Of a stretch of DNA of 64,000 nucleotides, positions 20,414 through 32,800 are shown in pieces. The translations under genes were made by a program, and so were the position numbers. Each line of letters begins with the position of its first letter. Within the stretch, counting starts at the first letter, position 1. The stretch covers positions 868,001-932,000 of the forward strand of contig NIVC01000093.1 in NCBI GenBank assembly GCA_002269645.1. Reading direction: 5' to 3'. The notes below the pieces were generated by a model. The model worked only from the letters and a program-made list of their open reading frames with translations. It was not told the DNA's origin and searched no databases. The DNA comes from Macrostomum lignano (taxonomy: Eukaryota).

Positions 20414-23400
20414 CAGTAGGAATACCAAGCCATTTTTCCGCCCGTCGAACTACCAAGAGGGGGGGAAAAATTTCCCCCCCCCTGACAATTTTTTTTGCTG
20501 CGCCGGAACGGAGCAACGCAGGCACACGAAATTCAAGAACACGGGCTAACTTTTTGTTGCGCACCTTCTCAAACAAGAATCAAGTCGCCAACCCTCCGGA
20601 CCGTCGAGATATTCGACGATTCTGCCAGAAGGTCGGATTTTTCCCATATGCGCTAGTGTATTCAGTACACCCCTGTGCGCCAATTAGCACTGCGCCTCAG
20701 TGCAGCCTTGCCAAGTCTCCAAATTTCATCAGCACGTCGACCAAATGTGTCTGCATCAGCTCTGACTTCGTTGGTTACTGGCCTTCACCGAGACGGAGCT
20801 TCTAGACCTTCAACAGGTGGCACCAGGTGACTATGAACACCTTGATGCGAATTTCTCTAGTTTCGCCGATCAAGCCTCGACAGTAGGCAAGCCTCAACTG
20901 CCGGACACCCTCAGCTAGTCTCCTGAGCATTCCGTCATCATCCCGACGCCGTCGGCTCCTTCAACAGATGACACCAAGTGACTATGGACACCCTGATGCG
21001 AATTTCTCTAGTTTCGCCGATCAAGCCTCGACAGTAGGCAAGCCTCAACTGCTGGACACCTTCAGCTAGTCTCCTAAGCATTCCGTCATCATCCCGACGC
21101 CGTCGGCTCCTTCAACAGATGACACCAAGTGACTATGGACACCCTGATGCGAATTTCTCTAGTTTCGCCGATCAAGCCTCGACAGTAGGCAAGCCTCAAC
21201 TGCTGGACACCTTCAGCTAGTCTCCTAAGCATTCCGTCATCATCCCGACGCCGTCGGCTCCTTCAACAGATGACACCAAGTGACTATGGACACCCTGATG
21301 CGAATTTCTCTAGTTTCGCCGATCAAGCCTCGACAGTAGGCAAGCCTCAACTGCTGGACACCTTCAGCTAGTCTCCTAAGCATTCCGTCATCATCCCGAC
21401 GCCGTCGGCTCCTTCAACAGATGACACCAAGTGACTATGGACACCCTGATGCGAATTTCTCTAGTTTCGCCGATCAAGCCTCGACAGTAGGCAAGCCTCA
21501 ACTGCTGGACACCTTCAGCTAGTCTCCTAAGCATTCCGTCATCATCCCGACACCGTCGGCACCTTCAACAGGTGGCATCAGGTGACTATGGACGTCCTTT
21601 TGCAACTATGTCAGGTCTTTCTTATCAAGCTTCAATAATGGGCAAACCTCAACCGACGGACATTGTCAGCTAGTCTCTCGAGCATTCCGTCATCATCCCG
21701 ACGCCGTCAGCTCCTTCAACAGATTACACCAGGGACTATGGACAGCCTGATGCGAATTTCTCTAGTTTCGCCGATCAAGCCTCGATAGTAGGCAAAAATC
21801 AACTGCTGGACATCCTCAGCTAGTCAGTCAAGCATTCAGCCATCAACCGGACGCCGTCGGCTCCTTCAACAGATTACACCAGGTGACTATGGACATCCTG
21901 TTGCAAATATGTCAGGTTTTTCTTATCAAGCTTCAATAATGAGCAAACCTCAACTGCTGGGCATCCTCAGCTAGTCAGTCAAGCATTCAGCCATCACCCC
22001 GACGCCGTCGGCACCTACAACAGGTGGCACCAGGGGAGTAAGGACACCTGAGCGTGATTTTTCATCATGCTCTTAACATTTCTGAATCATTAAAAAATGA
22101 AAAAACCGACTGAATTTACTGGCTTCTTAAAAGCATAACCCTTTCTGCATAAAAATTGGGTTCAATATTATAGTTGAATAAACTAAACAGCTTTTCGAAT
22201 AAAATATGTATGTAGCTCGTATGCATAAAAGTATGTGTAATAATAATATAAATATACAGCAACATGAGTTCAAGCTTAACTATAGCAATTTCCGTGCTTT
22301 AAAAATTTTGAGAGCTTCAGAAATGTTCAGATGAAAAATCGCGCTCAGGTGTCCTTACTCCCCTGGTGCCACCTGTTGAAGGTGCCGACGGCGTCGGGGT
22401 GATGGCTGAATGCTTGACTGACTAGCTGAGGATGTCCGGCAGTTGAGGTTTGCTCATTATTGAAGCTTGATAAGAAAAACCTGACATATTCGCATCAGGG
22501 TGTCCATAGTCACTTGGTGTCATCTGTTGAAGGAGCCGACGGCGTCGGGATGATGACGGAATGCTTAGGAGACTAGCTGAAGGTGTCCAGCAGTTGAGGC
22601 TTGCCTACTGTCGAGGCTTGATCGGCGAAACTAGAGAAATTCGCATCAGGGTGTCCATAGTCACTTGGTGTCATCTGTTGAAGGAGCCGACGGCGTCGGG
22701 ATGATGACGGAATGCTTAGGAGACTAGCTGAAGGTGTCCAGCAGTTGAGGCTTGCCTACTGTCGAGGCTTGATCGGCGAAACTAGAGAAATTCGCATCAG
22801 GGTGTCCATAGTCACTTGGTGTCATCTGTTGAAGGAGCCGACGGCGTCGGGATGATGACGGAATGCTTAGGAGACTAGCTGAAGGTGTCCAGCAGTTGAG
22901 GCTTGCCTACTGTCGAGGCTTGATCGGCGAAACTAGAGAAATTCGCATCAGGGTGTCCATAGTCACTTGGTGTCATCTGTTGAAGGAGCCGACGGCGTCG
23001 GGATGATGACGGAATGCTCAGGAGACTAGCTGAGGGTGTCCGGCAGTTGAGGCTTGCCTACTGTCGAGGCTTGATCGGCGAAACTAGAGAAATTCGCATC
23101 AAGGTGTTCATAGTCACCTGGTGCCACCTGTTGAAGGTCTAGAAGCTCCGTCTCGGTGAAGGCCAGTAACCAACGAAGTCAGAGCTGATGCAGACACATT
23201 TGGTCGACGTGCTGATGAAATTTGGAGACTTGGCAAGGCTGCACTGAGGCGCAGTGCTAATTGGCGCACAGGGGTGTACTGAATACACTAGCGCATATGG
23301 GAAAAATCCGACCTTCTGGCAGAATCGTCGAATATCTCGACGGTCCGGAGGGTTGGCGACTTGATTCTTGTTTGAGAAGGTGCGCAACAAAAAGTTAGCC

Positions 23401-23502
23401 CGTGTTCTTGAATTTCGTGTGCCTGCGTTGCTCCGTTCCGGCGCAGCAAAAAAAATTGTCAGGGGGGGGGAAATTTTTCCCCCCCTCTTGGTAGTTCTAC
23501 TG
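20414..23502. mobile_element. Foldback-type non-autonomous DNA element (3089 bp): long inverted arms with internal 151-bp tandem repeats, TTAA target duplication
   Basis: Ends CAGTAG...CTACTG flanked by TTAA on both sides; removing it restores a perfect satellite unit GATTCTTAATGTTGATTCAGGG. Arms ~20414-22085 and ~22318-23502 are reverse complements with 8 versus 5 copies of a 151-bp unit around an AT-rich ~230-bp spacer. Confidence 0.9.
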
Positions 23503-26500
23503 TTAATGTTGATTCAGGGACGATTCTTTAGTTTATTCAGGGACGATTCTTAAGTTGATTCGGGGACGATTCTTAAGTTTATTCAGGGACGATTCTTGAT
23601 GTTGATTCAGGGACGATTCTTAATGTTGATTCAGGGACGATTCTTAAGGTTGATTCAGGGACGATTCTTAAGGTTGATTCAGGGACGATGCTTAAAGTTG
23701 ATTCAGGGACGATTCTTAAGGTTGATTCAGGGACGATTCTTAATGTTGATTCAGGGACGATGCTTAAAGTTGATTCAGGGACGATTCTTAAGGTGATTCA
23801 GGGACGATGCTTAATGTTGATTCAGGGACGATTCTTAATGTTGATTCAGGGACGATTCTTAATGTTGATTCAGGGACGATTCTTAATGCTGATTCAGGGA
23901 CGATGCTTAATGTTGATTCAGGAACGATTCTTAAGTTGATTCAGGGACGATGCTTAAGTTGATTCAGGGACGATTCTTAAGTTGACTCAGGGACGATTCT
24001 TGATGTTGATTCAGGGACGATTCTTAAGTTGATTCAGGGACGATTCTTGATGTTGATTCAGGGACGATTCTTAAGTTGATTCAGGGACGATTCTTAAGGT
24101 GATTCAGGGACGATGCTTAATGTTGATTCAGGGACGATTCTTAATGTTGATTCAGGGACGATTCTTAATGTTGATTCAGGGACGATTCTTAATGCTGATT
24201 CAGGGACGATGCTTAATGTTGATTCAGAAACGATTCTTAAGTTGATTCAGAGATGATGCTGAAGGTTGATTCAGGGACGATTCTTAAGGTTGATTCAGGG
24301 ACGATTCTTTAGTTTATTCAGGGACGATTCTTAAGTTGATTCGGGGACGATTCTTAAGTTGATTCAGGGACGATGCTTAATGTTGATTCAGGGACGATTC
24401 TTAATGTTGATTCAGGGACGATTCTTAAGGTTGATTCAGGGACGATTCTTAAGGTTGATTCAGGGACGATTCTTAATGTTGATTCAGGGACGATGCTTAA
24501 AGTTGATTCAGGGACGATTCTTAAGGTGATTCAGGGACGATGCTTAATGTTGATTCAGGGACGATTCTTAATGTTGATTCAGGGACGATTCTTAATGTTG
24601 ATTCAGGGACGATTCTTAATGCTGATTCAGGGACGATGCTTAATGTTGATTCAGAAACGATTCTTAAGTTGATTCAGGGACGATGCTTAAGTTGATTCAG
24701 AAACGATTCTTAAGGTGATTTAGGGACGATTCTTAAGTTGATTCAGGGACGATTCTTGATGTTGATTCAGGGACGATTCTTAAGTTGATTCAGGGACGAT
24801 TCTTGATGTTGATTCAGGGACGATTCTTTAGTTGATTCAGAGATGATGCTGAAGGTTGATTCAGGGACGATTCTTAAGTTGATTCAGAGATGATGCTGAA
24901 GGTTGATTCAGGGACGATTCTTAAGGTTGATTCAGGGACGATTCTTAATGTTGATTCAGGGACGATTCTTAATGTTGATTCAGGGACGATTCTTTAGTTT
25001 ATTCAGGGACGATTCTTGATGTTGATTCAGGGACGATTCTTAAGGTTGATTCAGGGACGATTCTTAAGGTTGATTCAGGGACGATTCTTAATGTTGATTC
25101 AGGGACGATTCTTTAGTTTATTCAGGGACGATTCTTAAGTTGATTCGGGGACGATTCTTAAGTTGATTCAGAGATGATGCTGAAGGTTGATTCAGGGACG
25201 ATTCTTAAGGTTGATTCAGGGACGATTCTTAAGGTGATTCAGGGACGATTCTTTAGTTTATTCAGGGACGATTCTTAAGTTGATTCGGGGACGATTCTTA
25301 AGTTGATTCAGAGATGATGCTGAAGGTTGATTCAGGGACGATTCTTAATGTTGATTCAGGGACGATTCTTAAGGTGATTCAGGGACGATCCTTAATGTTG
25401 ATTCAGGGACGATTCTTAATGTTGATTCAGGGACGATTCTTAAGTTGATTCAGGGACGATGCTTAATGTTGATTCAGGGACGATTCTTAATGTTGATTCA
25501 GGGACGATTCTTAAGGTTGATTCAGGGACGATTCTTAATGTTGATTCAGGGACGATTCTTTAGTTTATTCAGGGACGATTCTTAAGTTGATTCGGGGACG
25601 ATTCTTAAGTTGATTCAGAGATGATGCTGAAGGTTGATTCAGGGACGATTCTTAAGGTTGATTCAGGGACGATTCTTAATGTTGATTCAGGGACGATTCT
25701 TAATGTTGATTCAGGGACGATTCTTAAGTTGATTCAGGGACGATGCTTAATGTTGATTCAGGGACGATTCTTAATGTTGATTCAGGGACGATTCTTAAGG
25801 TTGATTCAGGGACGATTCTTAAGGTTGATTCAGGGACGATTCTTAATGTTGATTCAGGGACGATGCTTAAAGTTGATTCAGGGACGATTCTTAAGGTGAT
25901 TCAGGGACGATGCTTAATGTTGATTCAGGGACGATTCTTAATGTTGATTCAGGGACGATTCTTAATGTTGATTCAGGGACGATTCTTAATGCTGATTCAG
26001 GGACGATGCTTAATGTTGATTCAGAAACGATTCTTAAGTTGATTCAGGGACGATGCTTAAGTTGATTCAGGGACGATTCTTGATGTTGATTCAGGGACGA
26101 TTCTTAAGGTTGATTCAGGGACGATTCTTGATGTTGATTCAGGGACGATTCTTAAGTTGATTCAGGGACGATTCTTAAGTTGATTCAGGGACGATTCTTG
26201 ATGTTGATTCAGGGACGATTCTTAATGTTGATTCAGGGACGATTCTTAAGGTGATTCAGGGACGATTCTTAATGTTGATTCAGGGACGATTCTTGATGTT
26301 GATTCAGGGACGATTCTTAATGTTGATTCAGGGACGATTCTTAAGGTGATTCAGGGACGATGCTTAATGTTGATTCAGGGACGATTCTTAATGTTGATTC
26401 AGGGACGATTCTTAATGTTGATTCAGGGACGATTCTTAATGCTGATTCAGGGACGATGCTTAATGTTGATTCAGGAACGATTCTTAAGTTGATTCAGGGA

Positions 26501-28135
26501 CGATGCTTAAGTTGATTCAGGGACGATTCTTAAGTTGATTCAGGGACGATTCTTGATGTTGATTCAGGGACGATTCTTAAGTTGATTCAGGGACGATTCT
26601 TGATGTTGATTCAGGGACGATTCTTAAGTTGATTCAGGGACGATTCTTAAGTTGATTCAGGGACGATTCTTGATGTTGATTCAGGGACGATTCTTAATGT
26701 TGATTCAGGGACGATTCTTAAGGTGATTCAGGGACGATTCTTAAGGTTGATTCAGGGACGATGCTTAAAGTTGATTCAGGGACGATTCTTAAGGTTGATT
26801 CAGGGACGATTCTTAATGTTGATTCAGGGACGATGCTTAAAGTTGATTCAGGGACGATTCTTAAGGTGATTCAGGGACGATGCTTAATGTTGATTCAGGG
26901 ACGATTCTTGATGTTGATTCAGGGACGATTCTTAATGTTGATTCAGGGACGATTCTTAATGCTGATTCAGGGACGATGCTTAATGTTGATTCAGGGACGA
27001 TTCTTAAGTTGATTCAGGGACGATGCTTAATGTTGATTCAGGGACGATTCTTAATGTTGATTCAGGGACGATTCTTAAGGTTGATTCAGGGACGATTCTT
27101 AATGTTGATTCAGGGACGATTCTTTAGTTTATTCAGGGACGATTCTTAAGTTGATTCAGGGACGATTCTTAAGTTGATTCAGGGACGATTCTTGATGTTG
27201 ATTCAGGGACGATTCTTAATGTTGATTCAGGGACGATTCTTAAGGTGATTCAGGGACGATTCTTAATGTTGATTCAGGGACGATTCTTGATGTTGATTCA
27301 GGGACGATTCTTAATGTTGATTCAGGGACGATTCTTAAGGTGATTCAGGGACGATGCTTAAAGTTGATTCAGGGACGATTCTTAATGTTGATTCAGGGAC
27401 GATTCTTAATGTTGATTCAGGGACGATTCTTAAGGTGATTCAGGGACGATTCTTAATGTTGATTCAGGGACGATTCTTAAGTTGATTCAGGGACGATTCT
27501 TAATGTTGATTCAGGGACGATTCTTAAGGTGATTCAGGGACGATGCTTAAAGTTGATTCAGGGACGATTCTTAATGTTGATTCAGGGACGATTCTTAAGG
27601 TGATTCAGGGACGATGCTTAAAGTTGATTCAGGGACGATTCTTAATGTTGATTCAGGGACGATTCTTGATGTTGATTCAGGGACGATTCTTAAGGTTGAT
27701 TCAGGGACGATTCTTAAGTTGATTCAGGGACGATTCTTAAGGTGATTCAGGGACGATTCTTAATGTTGATTCAGGGACGATTCTTAAGTTGATTCAGGGA
27801 CGATGCTTAAGTTGATTCAGGGACGATTCTTTAGTTGATTCAGGGACGATTCTTAAGTTGATTCAGGGACGATTCTTAAGTTGATTCAGGGACGATTCTT
27901 AAGGTGATTCAGGGACGATGCTTAAAGTTGATTCAGGGACGATTCTTAATGTTGATTCAGGGACGATTCTTAAGTTGATTCAGGGACGATTCTTAATGTT
28001 GATTCAGGGACGATGCTTAATGCTGATTCAGGGACGATTCTTTAGTTTATTCAGGGACGATTCTTAAGTTGATTCAGGGACGATGCTTAAGTTGATTCAG
28101 GGACGATTCTTTAGTTTATTCAGGGACGATGCTAA
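23503..28135. repeat. 22-24 bp satellite, block 3 (~4.6 kb) with higher-order duplications
   Basis: About 200 units; identical pseudo-ORFs at 24373 and 25743. Confidence 0.97.
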
Positions 28136-28169
28136 AGGGCCGTTTGGAAACGACTAATTTTAAGGATGA

Positions 28170-28282
28170 TTTAGAGCCTGTTTACAGGATAATTCAGAGC
28201 CTGTTTACAGGATAATTCAGAGCCTGTTTACAGGATAATTCAGAGCCTGTTTACAGGATAATTCAGAGCCTGTTTACAGGAT
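28170..28282. repeat. 23-bp repeat (CAGAGCCTGTTTACAGGATAATT) with internal palindrome
   Basis: About 5 units. Confidence 0.85.
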
Positions 28283-28285
28283 GGT

Positions 28286-29826
28286 TCAGTAAGATTCCGA
28301 AAAGTACTTTAGGGGAACTTGATTCATGAGCAATGCTTTGATTTTTGGGGAGGTAACGTAACCTTTTAACGGATTTTTTGAGGTGATTGTCAGAATACAC
28401 TTCCCATTTGAATCAACTCGATTGCAAATCAGAATAACATCTACGAACTTATATGAATTAAGCATGTACATTTTTTCACTACGGAAATATTAATCAAAAA
28501 TTTCTTTTCTTACCTAGGAAAATCTATTAGGCCAACTCCGCTGCCACTTCTACTATGCGAGCTAACATTCGAATAGGTTGACAGATTTCGACAATGCCTG
28601 GACGTCAACAAGTACTGAGCGTGCTGCTGCTGTGGTTGCTGTTGCACCTGTTGAGTTCCAGACGCCGTCAGCGTAACCATAGGAACAGCTGAAGCATTGT
28701 CAGTACCAAAAGCGTCGTCAATAACGACAGAATCGAAAGCGGTCGCCGAGTCGCTGCCGCAGCCGCAGCTGGAACCGCCAACGCTGTGCCGCAGGCGGGC
28801 TGGGTCTGATGAAGCCCGATAGATTGGGTCGCCGCGTAGGCAGCGCATGCACAGGCTGAGCCGCAGAGTGGAATTGTCCAGGCGTTCGTTCGGACTATAC
28901 GGAGTCAGGATGAAAGCGCGCTCCTCAGGAGCTGAGCAGTGGCCGAACTGGGCCAAGTCCAGATTAACGAAGCCCAACTTGCTGTAGGATCGACCGCCGC
29001 GAATCTCTTTTCTTAGCGAGACGCGCAACTCGCAAGGATGAAGTACGCCAGTCTCCGCTGATGACTTCATCCGACAGGGAAACTCGTAGGTAGCGTCTGG
29101 GGCGCCGGATTCGGCCAGCCAAGTGACCTGAATTTCGGGGCGCAACGAAAATCAATTGCCAGGTTTGAATAAATAAGTAGTGTTCGTAGATATATATTTA
29201 GCCACTGCCTCTAAGTTAACAGTCGAGAAGTCAAATAGCTGTCTAATGGGGAGGAGGCGTCAGAGGGTCTCCTGGATAGGGAATATCAGAGTGTCTCCTG
29301 GATAGGAAATGTCAGAGGGTCTCTTGGATAGGGAATGTCAGAGGTCTCTTGGATAGGGAATGTCAGAGGTCTCCTGGATAGGGAATGTCAGAGGGTCTCT
29401 TGGATAGGGAATGTCAGAGGTCTCCTGGATAGGGAATGTCAGAGGGTCTCTTGGATAGGGAATGTCAGAGGGTCTCCTGGATAGGGAATGTCAGAAGGTC
29501 TCCTAATTAGAAGATGTCAGAGGGTTTTCTAGTGGGTCTTTTAGAGTCATCAAAGGCTAGATTCTGCATACCTTATTGTTTTGAATAACACATCGGCTAG
29601 AATATTGGCAAAATCGCCCACCAGAGAGCAATCGCATCTTAGCAAACAGTACCCCATTGCTAAGCGTGACACCTTCCAATTCTTTAAGTGTCAGTCGAAC
29701 TAGAAACTTGTGCCGACGCTTTTTTCGATTTGGACTTGCATCTGAAGCTTCTATGGCAGTGTGACCATCATAGTCCTGACCATTGGCTCCATGGCTACTA
29801 GTTGCTGGGCGCAGACAGGTGAACAT
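28286..29826 (-). CDS. EEIG1: EEIG1/FAM102-family NT-C2 domain protein
   Basis: Exons 29826-29572, 29127-28514 and a tentative 28478-28286 (35-nt intron, in frame). Motifs KFLVRLTLKELEGVTLSNGVLFAKMRLLSGG, LHPCELRVSLRKEIRGGRSYSKLGFVNLDLAQF and DNSTLRLSL..GDP match FAM102A/B from memory. The 3' end is uncertain. Confidence 0.88.
29255..29525. repeat. 26-28 bp minisatellite (GGATAGGGAATGTCAGAGGGTCTCCT) in EEIG1 intron 1
   Basis: About 10 units. Confidence 0.9.
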
Positions 29827-32800
29827 ACTATAAAAAGGGAATGAAAAACAATGTCAATAATACATAACTATTGTGGACAACATTAAAGCTCAAATAATTA
29901 TAAACCTTATATTATGACATCAAGTAGAAAGCCAATCATTAAATTTTTGTGAAATATATCATCAAATAAAATTATATAGAGTCTAGTTTAATCTAAAAAA
30001 ACTTGCAATTAAGATTTAATGACCATATTAGTTTTTGCCAATTGCTTAATTTTCTAGTCTATATTTATAGAGTAAATAGCATGAATAAATGCATAAAACC
30101 TTTATTCTTTATATTATACTTTATACTTTATTAAAAATACAGTTTTTTTATTTCTGTTTAATTATTAAAGGATAAATATATATAAAAGATATGATGGCGA
30201 CTAAAACGAAAGTATATTGAATAGACAAAATAAAAGACTTAAACATCATCCACATAACAAGCAATGCCAATGCATGCACCTATTGACTATATTGCAAGTA
30301 GCAGTATTCACAACATACTTATTTTTTAAGGCTTACTATTATTTAATATCTACCAAACACTTTCACTTGCTCTGCTCAATGTACTTTCTTTTGTTAATCA
30401 AGCGTTTAAAAAAAAAACGAAGAGACACTTTTAACCCCCACTTTTGTCAGTTTTCGACTACTTTAAGATGTTTTACTGCATGCCAGACTTTGAGTTCATT
30501 AGTGATAAATAAGGACGTCTAAGAGCAACATTTATTAGAAAATTATTTATGCACCTACTAAAATTAGTGAAAAGCGAAAGAGGCTGATCAGGACAAAAAT
30601 ATTAGGCACACTAGAAGTAGAATCAGCTAAAATTTGTAAACGTTCTTAGATTCGAAGAATTTTAGATACTGTGGCAAAAGCAAAATTGTGCGTAAAAAAT
30701 ACCATAGTACAACAAAATTTTAAGTATTATGCATTTAAATTCTTTGACCTGAAAAAAGTAGTTTTCATAAATTTGAAAGCTTTTATCAAGAACTATAAAA
30801 ATTAAAAAGTCATTGCTTAAAAAGCACTAAAAACACCCGGATCATCACTCCACTCTCCGTAAAGGAGGAAGCTACATACGCACGCAATGGTGTTTACGGA
30901 GGGAAACTACATTAGATGTAGCGCTACACGTAGTTTACGTGAGTATAGCTTAAGCAGTGCATATGTTGGTATAAAACAAAAAGATTTTTAATAAAGTTTG
31001 TATGCTTCTATTCTAAAACTAGCCTTCTGCCTTCTGTCCCTTGCAAACTATATATAAATGTTTGAAGTCGGGTGAGGTCTGATTTGCTTCTACCTTAACC
31101 TTGGCTAGGCCCTAGTATTGGTACCTCGGGCCATAGGCATAGCTCCATAAGCTATTATTCCCTAGGTTTTATTATAATCAAGTATGATTTTCCTAAGGTA
31201 ATACTAGCATATAAAAAAGCATATCTATTAGGCCTATGCTTACCAGTGTTAGGCCTAGCCTAGGGCCTAGGCTAGGCCTATCACACTCAAATTCAAAGCT
31301 TACTGTCAGTTTCTTGTTAGCAAAATCTTTTATTTTATCATACTTTTATCATTGAAAGCCCTTTAAACTTAGGTTAAGAGCTGTGTAAACCAAAATTGTA
31401 CCAACAATAGTTTACAATTTTTTTCCTGGAATTTTAGTCTAGGCCCCTACCCTAATTCATTAGGATCCCACTCCCAGGATTGGCAAAGGCTGGGATATCC
31501 TGATCCCAAGAATCCTAGGATGTTTAAAGTCTAGGATATCCTAATCCCAAAAATCCTGGAATTGGCAAAACTCAGGGTTTTGTATTCCCTAGTTTTTAGA
31601 CGGTATAGGACTAAGACTGCCACACTTGGGGAGCTAAGGGAGAAATTTGAATTTATGTGTTATTAGATGGTGCTAGAGAGGAGATAAATAGGTAAGAGAG
31701 CCAGCAGCGAGAAAAGAACATGAGAGGAATAGCAATGCTAGAAGATTGGTAGCTCCCCCTCAATACCAGTAGCCAATAATAGCTGTGGTGGTCTTGGTAT
31801 GTTATGTAGCAGTCTTAGTCATGTGCCTTTTAGACTGATATAAGACTAAGATAGCCATAGTATTGTATCTTTTAGGGCCTATCTACTTTCTCTAGCATTA
31901 ATTAGCAACTTAATAGCTATTGTTAAGGGGCCTAGGCCTATATTATTTAATATTATATTAAATCTATTAATTAGATAATCATCATAAATGCTAATATAAA
32001 AATTTTAATCTTTTTCAGTGTTTGTACTAATTTATTCTCTATTATTCAGCTATCATGTTCTAACTTGTGAATCTAGGACTTGAGAGTTTCAATATGTGCT
32101 AGGGGTGTTTCCTATATACTGAGAATCCCACTAAATGCAACCAAAAGCTGTCCCAGGGCTCTTATTTATTCTTTTGTTTAGCCTTACTTGCTGCCACCAA
32201 GCTGTTGCAGGGGTTATTCCTTGTTAATATTGCTGGTTATTACTTGCCTTTTACTCGTAGCGCATGTACTTCTATTGGTAGCATATGTACTTTTACTGGT
32301 AGCGTCTGTATTTCTATTGTACTTTCTGGCCTGAGCGGTCTTTTTAGGCACTGTCTATTCTATTCTTATACTCCTCTAAAGATATTATTCTCAGTCCTGG
32401 GCATTCCTGGGATCAGAGGGTCACAGCACACTTCGCTGGGTATTCTGCCCTAAGGTGGGTTTCTCAGACTCTAAGCCAGGATTTTTCTACCCTGTGGTAG
32501 GAATTCTGCCTTCTAAAGGTAGGTTACTAGACTCCTAAGTCTAAGATCTCTCGTTCTCTGAGAACGGATTAAACTCCCAATTTTGGGGCAACTCCTAACT
32601 ACTATCTACTACTCGAAATAAGTAACACAAGCAAATACCAGCTGATAGAATTTCTTCTCAAAGGAGAGTATTAAAGTTGTTCAACGAGGAACAGGAGGTT
32701 ACTTTGCCAGGCTCCCAAGTGGCCTCTATTTATAGTAAAAATTTCTTATCATTTCAAACAAAATATTATACAAAAAATATAGAAAATATACAAAATATAT

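Noticed and set aside
20811-22030. Hammerhead ribozyme in the 151-bp or other repeat units
   Set aside because: By eye I found no CUGANGA plus GAAA core with compatible stems on either strand; an Infernal search would be needed to exclude it fully.
20365-23553. ORFs 20365-20805, 23139-23390 and 23368-23553 as a transposase
   Set aside because: They are short mirror-image readings of the two inverted arms with no DDE or helix-turn-helix motif recognised.
17772-28135. CRISPR-like regular repeats (also the 39-, 41- and 49-bp arrays)
   Set aside because: Units are head-to-tail with no unique spacers, there are no cas genes, and the context is eukaryotic.
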